64,000 nt of DNA, from the NCBI GenBank assembly GCA_016927655.1, contig JAFGMG010000005.1, forward strand, positions 75,991 through 139,990, given 5' to 3'. Source of the stretch: Candidatus Dojkabacteria bacterium. Lineage in GTDB: Bacteria > Patescibacteriota > Dojkabacteria > B142 > JAFGMG01. The notes beneath the pieces were generated by a model. The model was not told the DNA's origin, searched no databases, and saw only the letters and a program-made list of their open reading frames with translations. Below are positions 19,680 to 29,651 of the stretch, one piece after another. The first letter of the stretch is position 1; every line of letters begins with the position of its first letter. The translations under genes and the position numbers were made by a program.

Positions 19680-20315
19680 TTAACGTTCAGGATCGACTTT
19701 TGCTAGCAAGCCATTCAATATATTGCCATATTGATTCTTATAGCTGTCAAATTTATCCTCTTGTTTGGTAGTATCAACAGTGAGCTTTGCGCCAACCATT
19801 GAAACTAGCGGTACAGTCCACGACAATCCTTTTGCCAATATTTTCCACATTGTCCTTCCCAGCCAGGTTTTTTTCTTATCTGCACCTAAAAGATTTTTGA
19901 TATGTTCGTAATTATCGTTTGTTTTTCCTTCTACTCTGACTTTTTGTTCTGCCATATTTAATGTTTCTTGAAGACCCCCATTTTTAAAATCGTCAATTGT
20001 CTCGTCAATTTGGTCATGGATATAGTTTTCTGTTAGTATGCCAAACTCCTCTGTCTGCATCATGTCAAAAGAAGCATCTCCAACTCTTTCTGCCAATGCT
20101 TGACCACGATTGGAAATAAATCTTCCAATCAAACCAGGCTCCTCTGCCCCAGTTAGTCCTGCACTTTCTAAGTCCTCTTGGTATCGCTTATATGCATCTT
20201 CACTCATATTCTGCTCCATCCATCTTTGAGCGCCACCTACGAATTTACCCGCGAGGTATTTGCCTACTAGCCCTGCTTTTGTTGTTTCATCGGCTGTTGC
20301 TGCTTCTGTTGACAT
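19680..20315 (-). CDS. Hypothetical protein (211 aa)
   Basis: ORF with coding-like composition; no motif. Confidence 0.45.
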   Translation of the reverse strand: MSTEAATADETTKAGLVGKYLAGKFVGGAQRWMEQNMSEDAYKRYQEDLESAGLTGAEEPGLIGRFISNRGQALAERVGDASFDMMQTEEFGILTENYIHDQIDETIDDFKNGGLQETLNMAEQKVRVEGKTNDNYEHIKNLLGADKKKTWLGRTMWKILAKGLSWTVPLVSMVGAKLTVDTTKQEDKFDSYKNQYGNILNGLLAKVDPER

Positions 20316-20453
20316 ATTTATTGAGTCAAATCATTAATTATGCCGAAATTATATACAAATAATTTTAATAAAGCAAAGTGTGCTTGATTTTGATTTGAAA
20401 TTCGTTGATAATGATTTTTGTAATTAATTATGGTATAAATATCAAGGATAGAT

Positions 20454-20723
20454 ATGAGTGGGCAGCAATCAGCAGCACAAGTATTGCAAAGTTTAGCGGA
20501 AGGGGGCACTGACGCTGTAGTGAGCAGCGAAGAGCGGCAGTACAAAATGGTCGAAAATGGCAGACGTGTGCCCAATCCAGTAATGAGAGCAGCTGCAAAG
20601 CAATTGAAGGAAAAAGGCTTCAGCGATGCAGAAATAGTGCAAAAAATCCTATTTTTCGACGAACTCGCCGAAAAAGACCAGTTGATAGATTATTTAAATA
20701 AGCAGGAAAAAGAGAAGAAATAA
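20454..20723 (+). CDS. Hypothetical small protein (89 aa)
   Basis: Short ORF immediately upstream of, and abutting, 20726..23014. Confidence 0.35.
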   Translation: MSGQQSAAQVLQSLAEGGTDAVVSSEERQYKMVENGRRVPNPVMRAAAKQLKEKGFSDAEIVQKILFFDELAEKDQLIDYLNKQEKEKK

Positions 20724-20725
20724 TT

Positions 20726-23014
20726 ATGGCAATACCAGGACAGCCAGGACAACCAGGACAACCAGGACCAACTGAAGCTATGCCACTTGGGGAGAGGAAT
20801 ATACAACCTGCTCAACAAGAAACTGCTGCAGGAGATAGTGTTGGAACTCCAGATGATCTTGCGAATTTGCTGGCCGGGAAAGAGGCTAGAACACAAGTAC
20901 AACCCCCACCAGTAGAAAATATTGAATATACAGAGGAGCAGAAAAGGAGAGATGAACTCAGGCCACAGGCCGATAAGGCTTTGGAAACTATTAGAAAAGA
21001 CATTTCATCAGAAAGATTTATTGGGGAAGCTTCTCCTCAGTTAGAAAAACTACAACGTGAGATAGATCGATTGAGCAATCTGCCAAATCCAACTCATGAA
21101 GATATAGAACAACTAGAAGGAGCCCTAAGTAGATATGACAATATAAAAGAGACGGCAGAAGACGGCGGTGAGAGAATAAGAGGAGATGCCTTTCAATCTA
21201 AAAAGTATGATTCGGGAGAAGGACAAGGTGGAGGACTTGATGAAGAGGAGAAGTCTTTCTCGCAGCTGATGAATGATTTTGATGATGCAGTTAGGGATGG
21301 AGATGTGGATTTGGCTAGGAAGTTGTTGCGCCAAGCTAATGGCAGTAAGGGATTCAATTCTAGACAGTATGATAATATGAGAGGTGATTACAGGGATTTG
21401 GAAAGAGCTACAAAAGCAGAAAAAAAGGCCGCTGAGGAGAAAGAAAAAGCAGACAAAGAGACTGCAGCTAAGAGGAGAGCTAACAATATTGTTTTGGATA
21501 TCGAAGAGAAGCCTAACCCAACAGCTAATGATACTAGGCAAGCTTTAGATGATATTGCTAATCTGGAAAATTTGCCTGACGAGCAACGTGAAAGTGCTAT
21601 GAGGAGAATTCGAACTGTTGATAATGCGAGAAAAGAGAAGGAGCGAAAGAGTCAGGAACGTAAAGTTGATAGAAACTTTCAATTGGAGAGGAATAATAAA
21701 TATATACAAGACGTTCTTCTCTCTCCAGATGGTATCAGCGTGGAAGACCAACGGGAGGCTTTTTATACAGCACAAGATATGGGAACTATTCCAGAAGATA
21801 AAAACTTTGATCAAGAAGTTCTTGATCCTATAAGAAGACAAGTTGAAGCAAGTGTGGTAGGGAAATATTCAGCAGGTGATTTGGCTAATCCGAATGCGGC
21901 TAAGGGGGAGTTAGATGCTTATGTTGCAGGTGGATATATTGAACAAAATGAGGCGGATCGAATAATGGGAAAAGTTTATGAAAGACAGGTGAGAATGGTC
22001 GACGAGTTATTGGCCAGGGAAGCTCGGGGAGAAGCCATCAAACTTGAGGATATTAAAGATGAAACCGTAAAAAAAGAATTTGAGAAGCGAGCAAGACAGC
22101 GAGCTGAAAAAAGTCCGGCAGTTTCGGATTTAATGGAGAAAGCAAAGAAGTTTATGAAGGGCAAAAGAGGGCTTGCTACAGTAGATTGGGTGAAGGGTAA
22201 TTTGAAAAAAGAATTAGCGAATTTAAGTCCAGTAGAAAAGCAAGTTGCAGAAGAGCAATTGAATGAATACTCACAGATGATGACGGAGTTGGATAAATCG
22301 ACAAGGGAATTGATTACAGAAAGTGGCGGGAACGTTTCAATCCCCGGAGTAGAAGGGGGTTCAAAGGAAGTAAAATATGATTTATTGAATATTGACGCTA
22401 TAGTTGCCAAGTTGAATCTTTCTGATTCGGCAAAAGCAAACATTAAAGAAGAGCTGAAAGCAGAACAACGAGTTAGAATTGCTGAAATGAAGATGCGTGC
22501 AAGAGAAGCTGCAGTGGCAATGGATAAACAACGTCGTGCAAATCTTGCATTACAATTAAGCAAATTGAAACATTATGGTACGGCATTAGCGATATTTGCT
22601 ATTCCTACAATTGGTCCGGGCTTGTTATTGGGCGGAGCTGGATTTGCTGCGGGAGGGATTGGTCTTGGACTTTTAGCAGGAAGTTTTACCGGTTCTTTAG
22701 CTTTGCTTCCAGCAGGAGCAGCAACATATATTTATGATCGATATTATGGGAGACGAAAAATAGATGAAATGGAATTGCAAGTTGATAAGGAAAAATTAGC
22801 GCTAGAAAAAGCGGAGAAAGAGATTAGAAGAATTGTTGCAGATGCTAGCTTGTGGTCGCGTGAGAAAGCTGCTGCCGCTTATGCAGCACAGACGGGCAAG
22901 GATGTAAATGAAACAATACAAACATATATGCAACTTACAAATGTGGATACGATTTCAGTTTTGAGAAGGGATCTAAACGCTAGTGCGGCTAGTCAATTTG
23001 CTGCGGCTGCTTGA
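20726..23014 (+). CDS. Coiled-coil protein (762 aa) with an N-terminal PGQ x3 repeat and a C-terminal glycine-zipper TM segment
   Basis: It opens MAIPGQPGQPGQPGP, followed by ~550 aa of charged coiled coil. A G/A-rich TM region (ALAIFAIPTIGPGLLLGGAGFAAGGIGLGLLAGSFTGSLALLPAGAA) and a ~110-aa tail close it. Confidence 0.7.
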   Translation: MAIPGQPGQPGQPGPTEAMPLGERNIQPAQQETAAGDSVGTPDDLANLLAGKEARTQVQPPPVENIEYTEEQKRRDELRPQADKALETIRKDISSERFIGEASPQLEKLQREIDRLSNLPNPTHEDIEQLEGALSRYDNIKETAEDGGERIRGDAFQSKKYDSGEGQGGGLDEEEKSFSQLMNDFDDAVRDGDVDLARKLLRQANGSKGFNSRQYDNMRGDYRDLERATKAEKKAAEEKEKADKETAAKRRANNIVLDIEEKPNPTANDTRQALDDIANLENLPDEQRESAMRRIRTVDNARKEKERKSQERKVDRNFQLERNNKYIQDVLLSPDGISVEDQREAFYTAQDMGTIPEDKNFDQEVLDPIRRQVEASVVGKYSAGDLANPNAAKGELDAYVAGGYIEQNEADRIMGKVYERQVRMVDELLAREARGEAIKLEDIKDETVKKEFEKRARQRAEKSPAVSDLMEKAKKFMKGKRGLATVDWVKGNLKKELANLSPVEKQVAEEQLNEYSQMMTELDKSTRELITESGGNVSIPGVEGGSKEVKYDLLNIDAIVAKLNLSDSAKANIKEELKAEQRVRIAEMKMRAREAAVAMDKQRRANLALQLSKLKHYGTALAIFAIPTIGPGLLLGGAGFAAGGIGLGLLAGSFTGSLALLPAGAATYIYDRYYGRRKIDEMELQVDKEKLALEKAEKEIRRIVADASLWSREKAAAAYAAQTGKDVNETIQTYMQLTNVDTISVLRRDLNASAASQFAAAA

Positions 23015-23061
23015 TACTAGAATAGTGAATTTAGTTTTTGTTTAGAATTTAGAAAAGTAAT

Positions 23062-23748
23062 ATGCCTACGACAAGTTATCTGATCGATCCGAATACAATA
23101 TCGATGCTTTTACAGATAGATGATGATACTGTTATTGAAAGCGAAATGCAGCAGTACTACTCTATCATTGACAAGGTTATGAAGGCTGGTGTGATTGACT
23201 ATATGGAAAGAAATAAATATGACGAAGATGAAAAAGAATTGATCAAAAAGAAGATGGATACTTATATATCCGAGCAGAATGAAGAGCTCAAGACAGACAA
23301 AATGCTCAAGACCTTTCTATCAAGCGAAGATTTGCAGAAGTTTCTTGCAGAGTTGATTAACCAGGTAAACAAAAGCTACTATGAGCAATATTATCCAAGA
23401 CTGGATCAGGCGAAACAGGATGAACTAGCCGATTATATTTTTGAAGCGCATCAACTTGAAAGGCAGACTGCAAGGCATATATTGAGTTTACTGGATTTTG
23501 TTGATGAAAAGAAAGTAGAAGAAGCTGTCAGGCAGGCAAAAGAGAATCCGCCGCAACCACAAACATCACAACAAGAATCAGTAATAGAGCCAATTGAGGA
23601 TAATGTGCTGACAGATGATTCGGGTACTTCTGAAAGTTCAATACAGCAGGCTCCTCAAGTTCAACCAATACAGCAAGAACAGCAACCAGAACAACCGCCA
23701 GCCCAGCCAACTCCTACTCCGCCGACGGTGAATCTTTCTCAGAGCTGA
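23062..23748 (+). CDS. Hypothetical protein with a Q/P-rich C-terminus (228 aa)
   Basis: ORF with a low-complexity QQEQQPEQPPAQPTPTPP tail. Its 3' end overlaps the convergent 23714..24208 gene by ~35 nt. Confidence 0.45.
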   Translation: MPTTSYLIDPNTISMLLQIDDDTVIESEMQQYYSIIDKVMKAGVIDYMERNKYDEDEKELIKKKMDTYISEQNEELKTDKMLKTFLSSEDLQKFLAELINQVNKSYYEQYYPRLDQAKQDELADYIFEAHQLERQTARHILSLLDFVDEKKVEEAVRQAKENPPQPQTSQQESVIEPIEDNVLTDDSGTSESSIQQAPQVQPIQQEQQPEQPPAQPTPTPPTVNLSQS

Positions 23749-24208
23749 GAAACTCATCAACAGTCTTTTTACCGAAACGTTTCTCCAGATTTTTCATAAT
23801 TTTCGGATATTCCGAGGCCTGCCTGATTTTTTCCATTAGATAATCGATTATTTCAAAGACGTCTTCTTTTGGCCCATCACCGATAAATCTGAAGAAAATC
23901 GCATTGTCGTATTCTTTCATCACATCCCTTGTTTCCTGCTCCAGATCATCGTATGAAGCCAGAAATAATTTTATCTGATCAAGTATGACCTTCTGCCCTT
24001 TTACCCGCTCCTCGACATTTTGCGCCTCGAACATTTTATTTATCTCCTCCATCCTGTCCGGTTCGTGTTCAGCGATATAGCCGACAATATGAGACATCAA
24101 AAACCTGGAAATAACATCATAATAATTGGCAATAAACGCCTCCTGTTCTGCAGGAGAAAACCCCATAGATTTCGTAATGATTTTTAGAGCAGTTTCATCC
24201 AAAAACAT
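23714..24208 (-). CDS. Hypothetical protein (164 aa)
   Basis: ORF directly upstream of, and co-oriented with, the 1784-aa gene. No motif. Confidence 0.45.
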   Translation of the reverse strand: MFLDETALKIITKSMGFSPAEQEAFIANYYDVISRFLMSHIVGYIAEHEPDRMEEINKMFEAQNVEERVKGQKVILDQIKLFLASYDDLEQETRDVMKEYDNAIFFRFIGDGPKEDVFEIIDYLMEKIRQASEYPKIMKNLEKRFGKKTVDEFLSSEKDSPSAE

Positions 24209-24232
24209 AATTCAATTATAAATTGTTAAATT

Positions 24233-27200
24233 TTAGAGTTCCGGCGGTTTGCTTGCTTCTTTAATTCTCTCTTCAAGCATTTCGAACATTTGTCCTGTTT
24301 TTTTGAGAACTAGATCATCAGTCGGATACCAGTCATCCGGTTCTTTGGTCGCTGCCAGATCCTCAAGCCAGAAAGTGATAACTTCAGTATAATATCTCAT
24401 TGTGGACAAATCCTGCTGCTGAGGGATCTCTCCTTGAAGTGCTGCCTGGAAAGCTCCAGCCATGGAAGTGGCATCTTTATATTTTTCTATAGCTTTTATT
24501 CTTCTTGTGTGCCATTTCTTTGCATTTTTTACAGCAGCCGGTTTGGCAAAGCCTCTAAGACCTGCTCCAGACATTACTATAAAAAGCCCTATCGGAGTTC
24601 CGGTCAATGCAGATGCAATTAATCCACCCACCATCATTTGGTTGGTCAGTCTTGTAAGCCATTTTGCAATACCTTTGTAGTATCCGGCTTTTTCGTAGCC
24701 TATACGTTCGTATTGGCCGATTTTTCTAAGTGCCATCAACCATTGATCCATCATATTCTGGCCATGCTCGTATCTGCCTCTAAAAGTGTCAATCCCTTTG
24801 GCAAGCATATCCTGCATTGTGGTAACTTCCTTAATAGGTCTTGGTCCTATTGCGTCCAGTTCCCTTCTATAAGGACTCGTCCAAGAAGGCTCTTTATAAG
24901 TTTTAAAATGCATAATATTTTCAAAATATGCGTCTTGTCCTCCGTGATTAGGACCAACTATTGCTTCTACTATTTTTGAAATATCTTCATGAGTAACATC
25001 AGGTTTATTTAAGGTTTCTTCAATAGCCGGCCATTTTGGATGTGGTATTCCTGAGGAAGAAGGCGGATAAAAGTTCATAGCAAGTCTTTTTACGTAATTT
25101 TTAAATGCAGTTGTGGCAAATCCTGAAGCTGCATCAAAAGTATCGTGGGTGTGTTTAACGCCCGTTGCATCTGTAAATGTAAATTGGGGTCTAAAATCAA
25201 TTAAATCCTGCCCTTCTTTTGTCCTGTGCATTTTATATCTTCGATCTGGCGGGAGACCTTTGACAAGAACGTCTTTCAAAACTTCGATCTGCATCCCGAG
25301 AAGAGCGTCTTTGACAGCGTCTGTTCGAAGCAGGACATTTTCTTCGTCAAAACCTTCGTCGATGTTTTTATTGCCGCCAAACCAGCTTACTGCTTTTCCC
25401 TGCCCACAAGCGGAGTTCAGCCTGATAAATCTAAGGTGCGGGTTCAATCTGTCTCCAACAAGCCTGCCCCAGTATTTTTGAACTTCGAGCATTCTGGCTC
25501 TGCTTTCATCCTCGTCTTTACTTAGCCAGGTTGTGTTTAATTGAACAACGCCATCCTTGATAATGAAATCACCACCGCCTTCGTACATCTTCTTTTCTTT
25601 ATTCCACCTTGCTTCTTTTAAAAGGACAGGTATCAGGTTCCCATTTTGATCAACTAATCTTTCTCCTGGTCGCACAGTGATAGTTTTAACTTGCCCCCTT
25701 TCTTTAAATGTTAATTTAACATCTTCATCTCTTGTATTTACAGCCCAGGCTCCTGCGTCCTGGCCTCTTAGCTCCTCTGCAATATGAATCATATTGACCA
25801 TGCTGTAGAGTGCATAATCTTCACGTATTGGATTTCCGTGTTTGTCCTTTCCTATTACTTTTTGTGCAAAGTGATCGTGCTCGTCTTTTAGTGTCATGTA
25901 GGCTAGATAGCCGTCTCTTGAATTGAGGAATTTTTTGAATTCTTTACCAACCTGGTCTCTCCAGCCGATCTTTTCAGCATCCTGTCCGGGTAGTCTTGAT
26001 CTAGTGACATACTTTTCATAATATTCACCGGCAGCTTCCTGCAGTTTTCCCGGCTTTTGAGCGATATACCTTCTAAGCGGGTTGACCATTCGAAGAAATC
26101 CCCGCCCGGATCCCATCCAAGGAGTGATGTCTCTTTTTACTTTTATCCCAAAGCGTCTGACCTCTGTTTTCCCTTTATCGTGTTCTTTGTATGTGAATTT
26201 CTCTCCACCTGGCACTAGAACTTTTTCGGCGTCTCCTCTGAAATTCCTAGAAATAAAGTTTAAAAATTCATGACCTCTTAGATCTTTAAAAAGGTAGGGG
26301 TCCCCTGCTGCTTTAGTACGTAGTTTAGCGAGTTTATCAGCACCTAGTATGTCTTTTTTGTCAACTACATCAGCAACGATATCCCTTGTACTTCGCATTT
26401 TGTCCTCATCTCTTTTGAATTTATACTGATTGGTCATAGGGTCAAAATCGAATTTTGATCCCATGAGTTCTCCCAGTATTCGCAGACGTTTAATTTCTCC
26501 AACACCTCCTTGACCTAAAATTTCGGCCATCCAGGCAAGGCCTTTTTTATGGGTAAATTCCTCGATATCCATTTGCAGACTTACCGGAGTCCTATCTCTT
26601 CCTTCTTCGATTCTGTAGGCATTTTGAATGCCTGGTAGATATTGTTTGAAAAGTCCCTCGTACTGGGTATTGAAATATTTAAAATATTTCGCAGGGTTTG
26701 CTCCAAGATAATCCGAGCCCATATAGTATTTACCAAGATCCCTGAGGCGCGGACTTTTACTTCTTGCAAGGCGCGCTCCTATACCCCTTCTAAATTCATA
26801 ATTTGTAAGCATAGGCCACGGGACCGGAACACTCCCAAGCAAGGTCGAGAATCTCCGCATTCCCGGGATCAAGTATCTAAGGGGGATAGCCCTGGCATCG
26901 ACATTGTATTCCCAGACATCATAAAATGCAGTGCCCTCACCTCCATATGTTGGCGGCGGCTTATCGCGGCCAATATACATCCCTCTTTGTATAGCTTCCT
27001 GATAGCCGGTGTTCATTGGTGAAGTGTCATCTCCAAGAGGTCCGATAAGCGGCTCTAAACCTGGGATTGCTGCATACTTATATTTGCCGGTTCTAAGGTT
27101 TTTGATTGCAGCAGACCTTTGTTCTTTGGTGCCGGCTCTTCCTGCTTCGTGATACATGTTTTCTGGATTTATCTGCGGGAGTCTATCCAGACCATATTTG

Positions 27201-29587
27201 CCGGCTAGAGCCAGGATGTATTCCATATTGATCCCCTCCATGCCAAAAGCCTGAATTTGACCAATAATATCCATGGCTAATTGGCTCCGAATCAAATCGT
27301 CGGTATTCATTGCATCATAAGTGTCAGCTCCAGCTTCCAGGGTGTTTTTATTGATTATTGCTTCAAGAGTCTTGGCAAGCAGGAACATATTCTCTCTTTG
27401 CGAGACATTTGCACTCTCTCCTGCTTGAGGTTCAAGCAGATATAGATCCTGCAGGTCGATTTTTGTTTTGCCGTCAATTTTGTGATCAAGCAGTTTTGAG
27501 ACAATTTCACGCATTGCCTCTGCTTCTTTTGATTGATCTCCATCGGGAAATAAAATTGCATCAAAAAGATAATCCTGCTGCTCGTGGGCAAGAAGAAGTG
27601 CCTGCTGCTTGAGATAGTCCGCTCTGTCCGGAAGTACTAGAATATTTACCGAAGGCATTGCTCGCTCATGAAATTTTGCGCTGAAAGCACGGTTAAAATT
27701 TTCCAGCGAAGACTCTTTGAATGTTAACCCAAGTCCATTTTTTGCGGCACTTCCAAGATCGACCCCGAATTCTTTCATCAAGGCTTCAAGTTTGTCTTTT
27801 ATTGGACCTTCCGCACCTCCTGCAGTATAAGTATTGATAGAAATTGTCATACCGGTGTTTGTCGGGATTACTTCGACAATCCCTGCATCATATAGTTCAT
27901 TTAAAACTTTGGAATCTGTAGAAATGTCTTTTCCGACAGCCTCGAGAACGTTTTTTACCGCGTCTCTGTTGATTTTCCCGTCAACGTCTTCTGGCAGGAT
28001 TTGCATAGTTGATGAATATTGATTTCTGATTTTTCGTGCTTTTGCAAGCAAATCGTTAGTGTCTTTACTGACACTTACACCTCCTTCTACTGATTTCAGC
28101 TCCCAAACCCCGCGCTCGTTTCTAAAGGCAAATCCATAGCTTGAAAGTGTCTCGTATAAATCATCTTCTGTATAATCCTCGGTATCAAGCATTTGAGCTT
28201 TCATCATGAAATCTTCTCTAACGGCAGCCATTCTCTCAGCGACTGGTCCTTCAAGTCTCCATCTTTCAAATTCTTCAATGTCTTGTAAAACCTCTTCTTC
28301 AGTATCAAGAGATGTTCTGGTGGCCGGATCGATTTCTCCTCTTCTTTCCGCGTTCATAACCTTGAGTCTGCCCACGACTTCCGGGTGTGAAAGGGTTTCG
28401 ATAAGCTGCAATTCGCGCTCGGTCAATGCAAGTGTACGGATTTGCGCCTGCCTTTGATCTTGTGTCATACCAGTCAGATTCAGCCCTCTTAACTTCAAAA
28501 ATAGAGAATTTATTTCCGGCTGGCTGCTGATAATCTTCTGCCATGTTGAGTATTCTTTGCCGAGCATTTTTGTCTGGGAGTCCCGGACCATTTCTCGAAG
28601 TATTTTTCCTTCTGTTGAGCCTAGTACTTCCAGCACTTCTTTTGTTTCGGTCCCGCCGCTCTCCGTTGTTGTTTTTATTTTCGTTTGGGCAAGAAGTGAA
28701 AATTGTTCAACCAGAAGTCCCTGCTTTACGACTTTGAGTTGTTCTCGGTCTTCATCTGTTAATTTCCTGTCTTTTTCTATACGATTTGTGATTTTCCCGA
28801 TTTTTCTATGATTTGCTACACGTTTGAGTCCGATTGTCTTCTGATCCCAGTTTTCAGGAAGGAGTCCTTCTTTTCTTGCCTTTTCGATTTGCGCAGCTCT
28901 TGAAAGAATATTGTCTATCTCCCCGGTTGGCCCATCCGCTAATTCTTTGGCTGATAATTGTTGTTTTGAAATTTTAGCCAGTTCCTGCTGTTTCCAGGCG
29001 AATTTTTCCTTACTCTCTCCAATGATTTCTTCAAGAAGTTCGAGTTCAACTTCCTCGCCTTCGGCTAATTTACCTTGACTTTTCTTTCTCTCCAGGGCTG
29101 CTTTACTCGCTTCCAATGCTCTGTGAGCCTGTTCGTGGATTCTAAGAGAATCTTCCAGAGCTTTTGCTCTTAGAGCTTCACCGTAGCCATCGAGATTGAA
29201 TTTTCTAAATAACCTTTCGGCAGCGACTTCGGCTTCAAAACCCAGCTGCATTGACGATTTTGTTTCACTGGCCCGGTCATCAAGGAGAATTTTTGCTTCG
29301 ATATTCGTTAGAAGTCTTTTCGCAAGTCTTTCGTAGTGTTCTCTTTTGGGTCTGTCTCCGGCTTTTAGAGCAGCGCCCTCGGCCGTTTTTTTTCTTGATT
29401 CACGGATTTTTCGGAGTTTTTCGGCTAAACGGCTGCTTCTATCAGTCTCTGATGTCTTTTTGATCTGTTCTGTGCGAGTTTGAGCTTCTTTCTTTTTTTT
29501 CTCCTTTGCTTCTCTCGCCTTTTTCTGATCTTCAGACTCACTGACTTGTTCGGGGCTGTCTTGTTCGGAAGTAAGACCTTCAAACAC
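24233..29587 (-). CDS. Giant protein (1784 aa) with an N-terminal K/E-rich coiled-coil region and a glycine-rich TM segment near the C-terminus; function unknown
   Basis: Uninterrupted 5.3-kb ORF. The first ~500 aa are highly charged coiled coil. The central ~1100 aa show no recognised catalytic motif, and no Walker A was found. The TM segment is MMVGGLIASALTGTPIGLFIVMSGAGL at ~aa 1650-1680. Confidence 0.8.
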   Translation of the reverse strand: MFEGLTSEQDSPEQVSESEDQKKAREAKEKKKKEAQTRTEQIKKTSETDRSSRLAEKLRKIRESRKKTAEGAALKAGDRPKREHYERLAKRLLTNIEAKILLDDRASETKSSMQLGFEAEVAAERLFRKFNLDGYGEALRAKALEDSLRIHEQAHRALEASKAALERKKSQGKLAEGEEVELELLEEIIGESKEKFAWKQQELAKISKQQLSAKELADGPTGEIDNILSRAAQIEKARKEGLLPENWDQKTIGLKRVANHRKIGKITNRIEKDRKLTDEDREQLKVVKQGLLVEQFSLLAQTKIKTTTESGGTETKEVLEVLGSTEGKILREMVRDSQTKMLGKEYSTWQKIISSQPEINSLFLKLRGLNLTGMTQDQRQAQIRTLALTERELQLIETLSHPEVVGRLKVMNAERRGEIDPATRTSLDTEEEVLQDIEEFERWRLEGPVAERMAAVREDFMMKAQMLDTEDYTEDDLYETLSSYGFAFRNERGVWELKSVEGGVSVSKDTNDLLAKARKIRNQYSSTMQILPEDVDGKINRDAVKNVLEAVGKDISTDSKVLNELYDAGIVEVIPTNTGMTISINTYTAGGAEGPIKDKLEALMKEFGVDLGSAAKNGLGLTFKESSLENFNRAFSAKFHERAMPSVNILVLPDRADYLKQQALLLAHEQQDYLFDAILFPDGDQSKEAEAMREIVSKLLDHKIDGKTKIDLQDLYLLEPQAGESANVSQRENMFLLAKTLEAIINKNTLEAGADTYDAMNTDDLIRSQLAMDIIGQIQAFGMEGINMEYILALAGKYGLDRLPQINPENMYHEAGRAGTKEQRSAAIKNLRTGKYKYAAIPGLEPLIGPLGDDTSPMNTGYQEAIQRGMYIGRDKPPPTYGGEGTAFYDVWEYNVDARAIPLRYLIPGMRRFSTLLGSVPVPWPMLTNYEFRRGIGARLARSKSPRLRDLGKYYMGSDYLGANPAKYFKYFNTQYEGLFKQYLPGIQNAYRIEEGRDRTPVSLQMDIEEFTHKKGLAWMAEILGQGGVGEIKRLRILGELMGSKFDFDPMTNQYKFKRDEDKMRSTRDIVADVVDKKDILGADKLAKLRTKAAGDPYLFKDLRGHEFLNFISRNFRGDAEKVLVPGGEKFTYKEHDKGKTEVRRFGIKVKRDITPWMGSGRGFLRMVNPLRRYIAQKPGKLQEAAGEYYEKYVTRSRLPGQDAEKIGWRDQVGKEFKKFLNSRDGYLAYMTLKDEHDHFAQKVIGKDKHGNPIREDYALYSMVNMIHIAEELRGQDAGAWAVNTRDEDVKLTFKERGQVKTITVRPGERLVDQNGNLIPVLLKEARWNKEKKMYEGGGDFIIKDGVVQLNTTWLSKDEDESRARMLEVQKYWGRLVGDRLNPHLRFIRLNSACGQGKAVSWFGGNKNIDEGFDEENVLLRTDAVKDALLGMQIEVLKDVLVKGLPPDRRYKMHRTKEGQDLIDFRPQFTFTDATGVKHTHDTFDAASGFATTAFKNYVKRLAMNFYPPSSSGIPHPKWPAIEETLNKPDVTHEDISKIVEAIVGPNHGGQDAYFENIMHFKTYKEPSWTSPYRRELDAIGPRPIKEVTTMQDMLAKGIDTFRGRYEHGQNMMDQWLMALRKIGQYERIGYEKAGYYKGIAKWLTRLTNQMMVGGLIASALTGTPIGLFIVMSGAGLRGFAKPAAVKNAKKWHTRRIKAIEKYKDATSMAGAFQAALQGEIPQQQDLSTMRYYTEVITFWLEDLAATKEPDDWYPTDDLVLKKTGQMFEMLEERIKEASKPPEL

Positions 29588-29651
29588 TTTAGGGCAATAA
29601 TAATTACGCCTATTATATCTTCTTTAATTTGTTTTGGCTATTGGTTTATTG

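Noticed and set aside
20726-20770. PGQPGQPGQPG as a collagen-like triple-helix repeat
   Set aside because: There are only three to four triplets, far too few for a collagen-like domain. It is probably a short low-complexity N-terminal tag.
20690-20902. Minus-strand ORF containing a WSWLSWLSWLSW repeat
   Set aside because: It is simply the antisense reading of the PGQPGQPGQPG repeat at the start of the real plus-strand gene 20726..23014, so it is a spurious shadow ORF.
24233-29587. Possible Walker-A/P-loop in the 1784-aa protein (…SACGQGKAVSW…)
   Set aside because: It does not fit GxxxxGK[ST]: Ala follows the Lys, and no Walker B or other ATPase context is present. There is no basis to call an ATPase.
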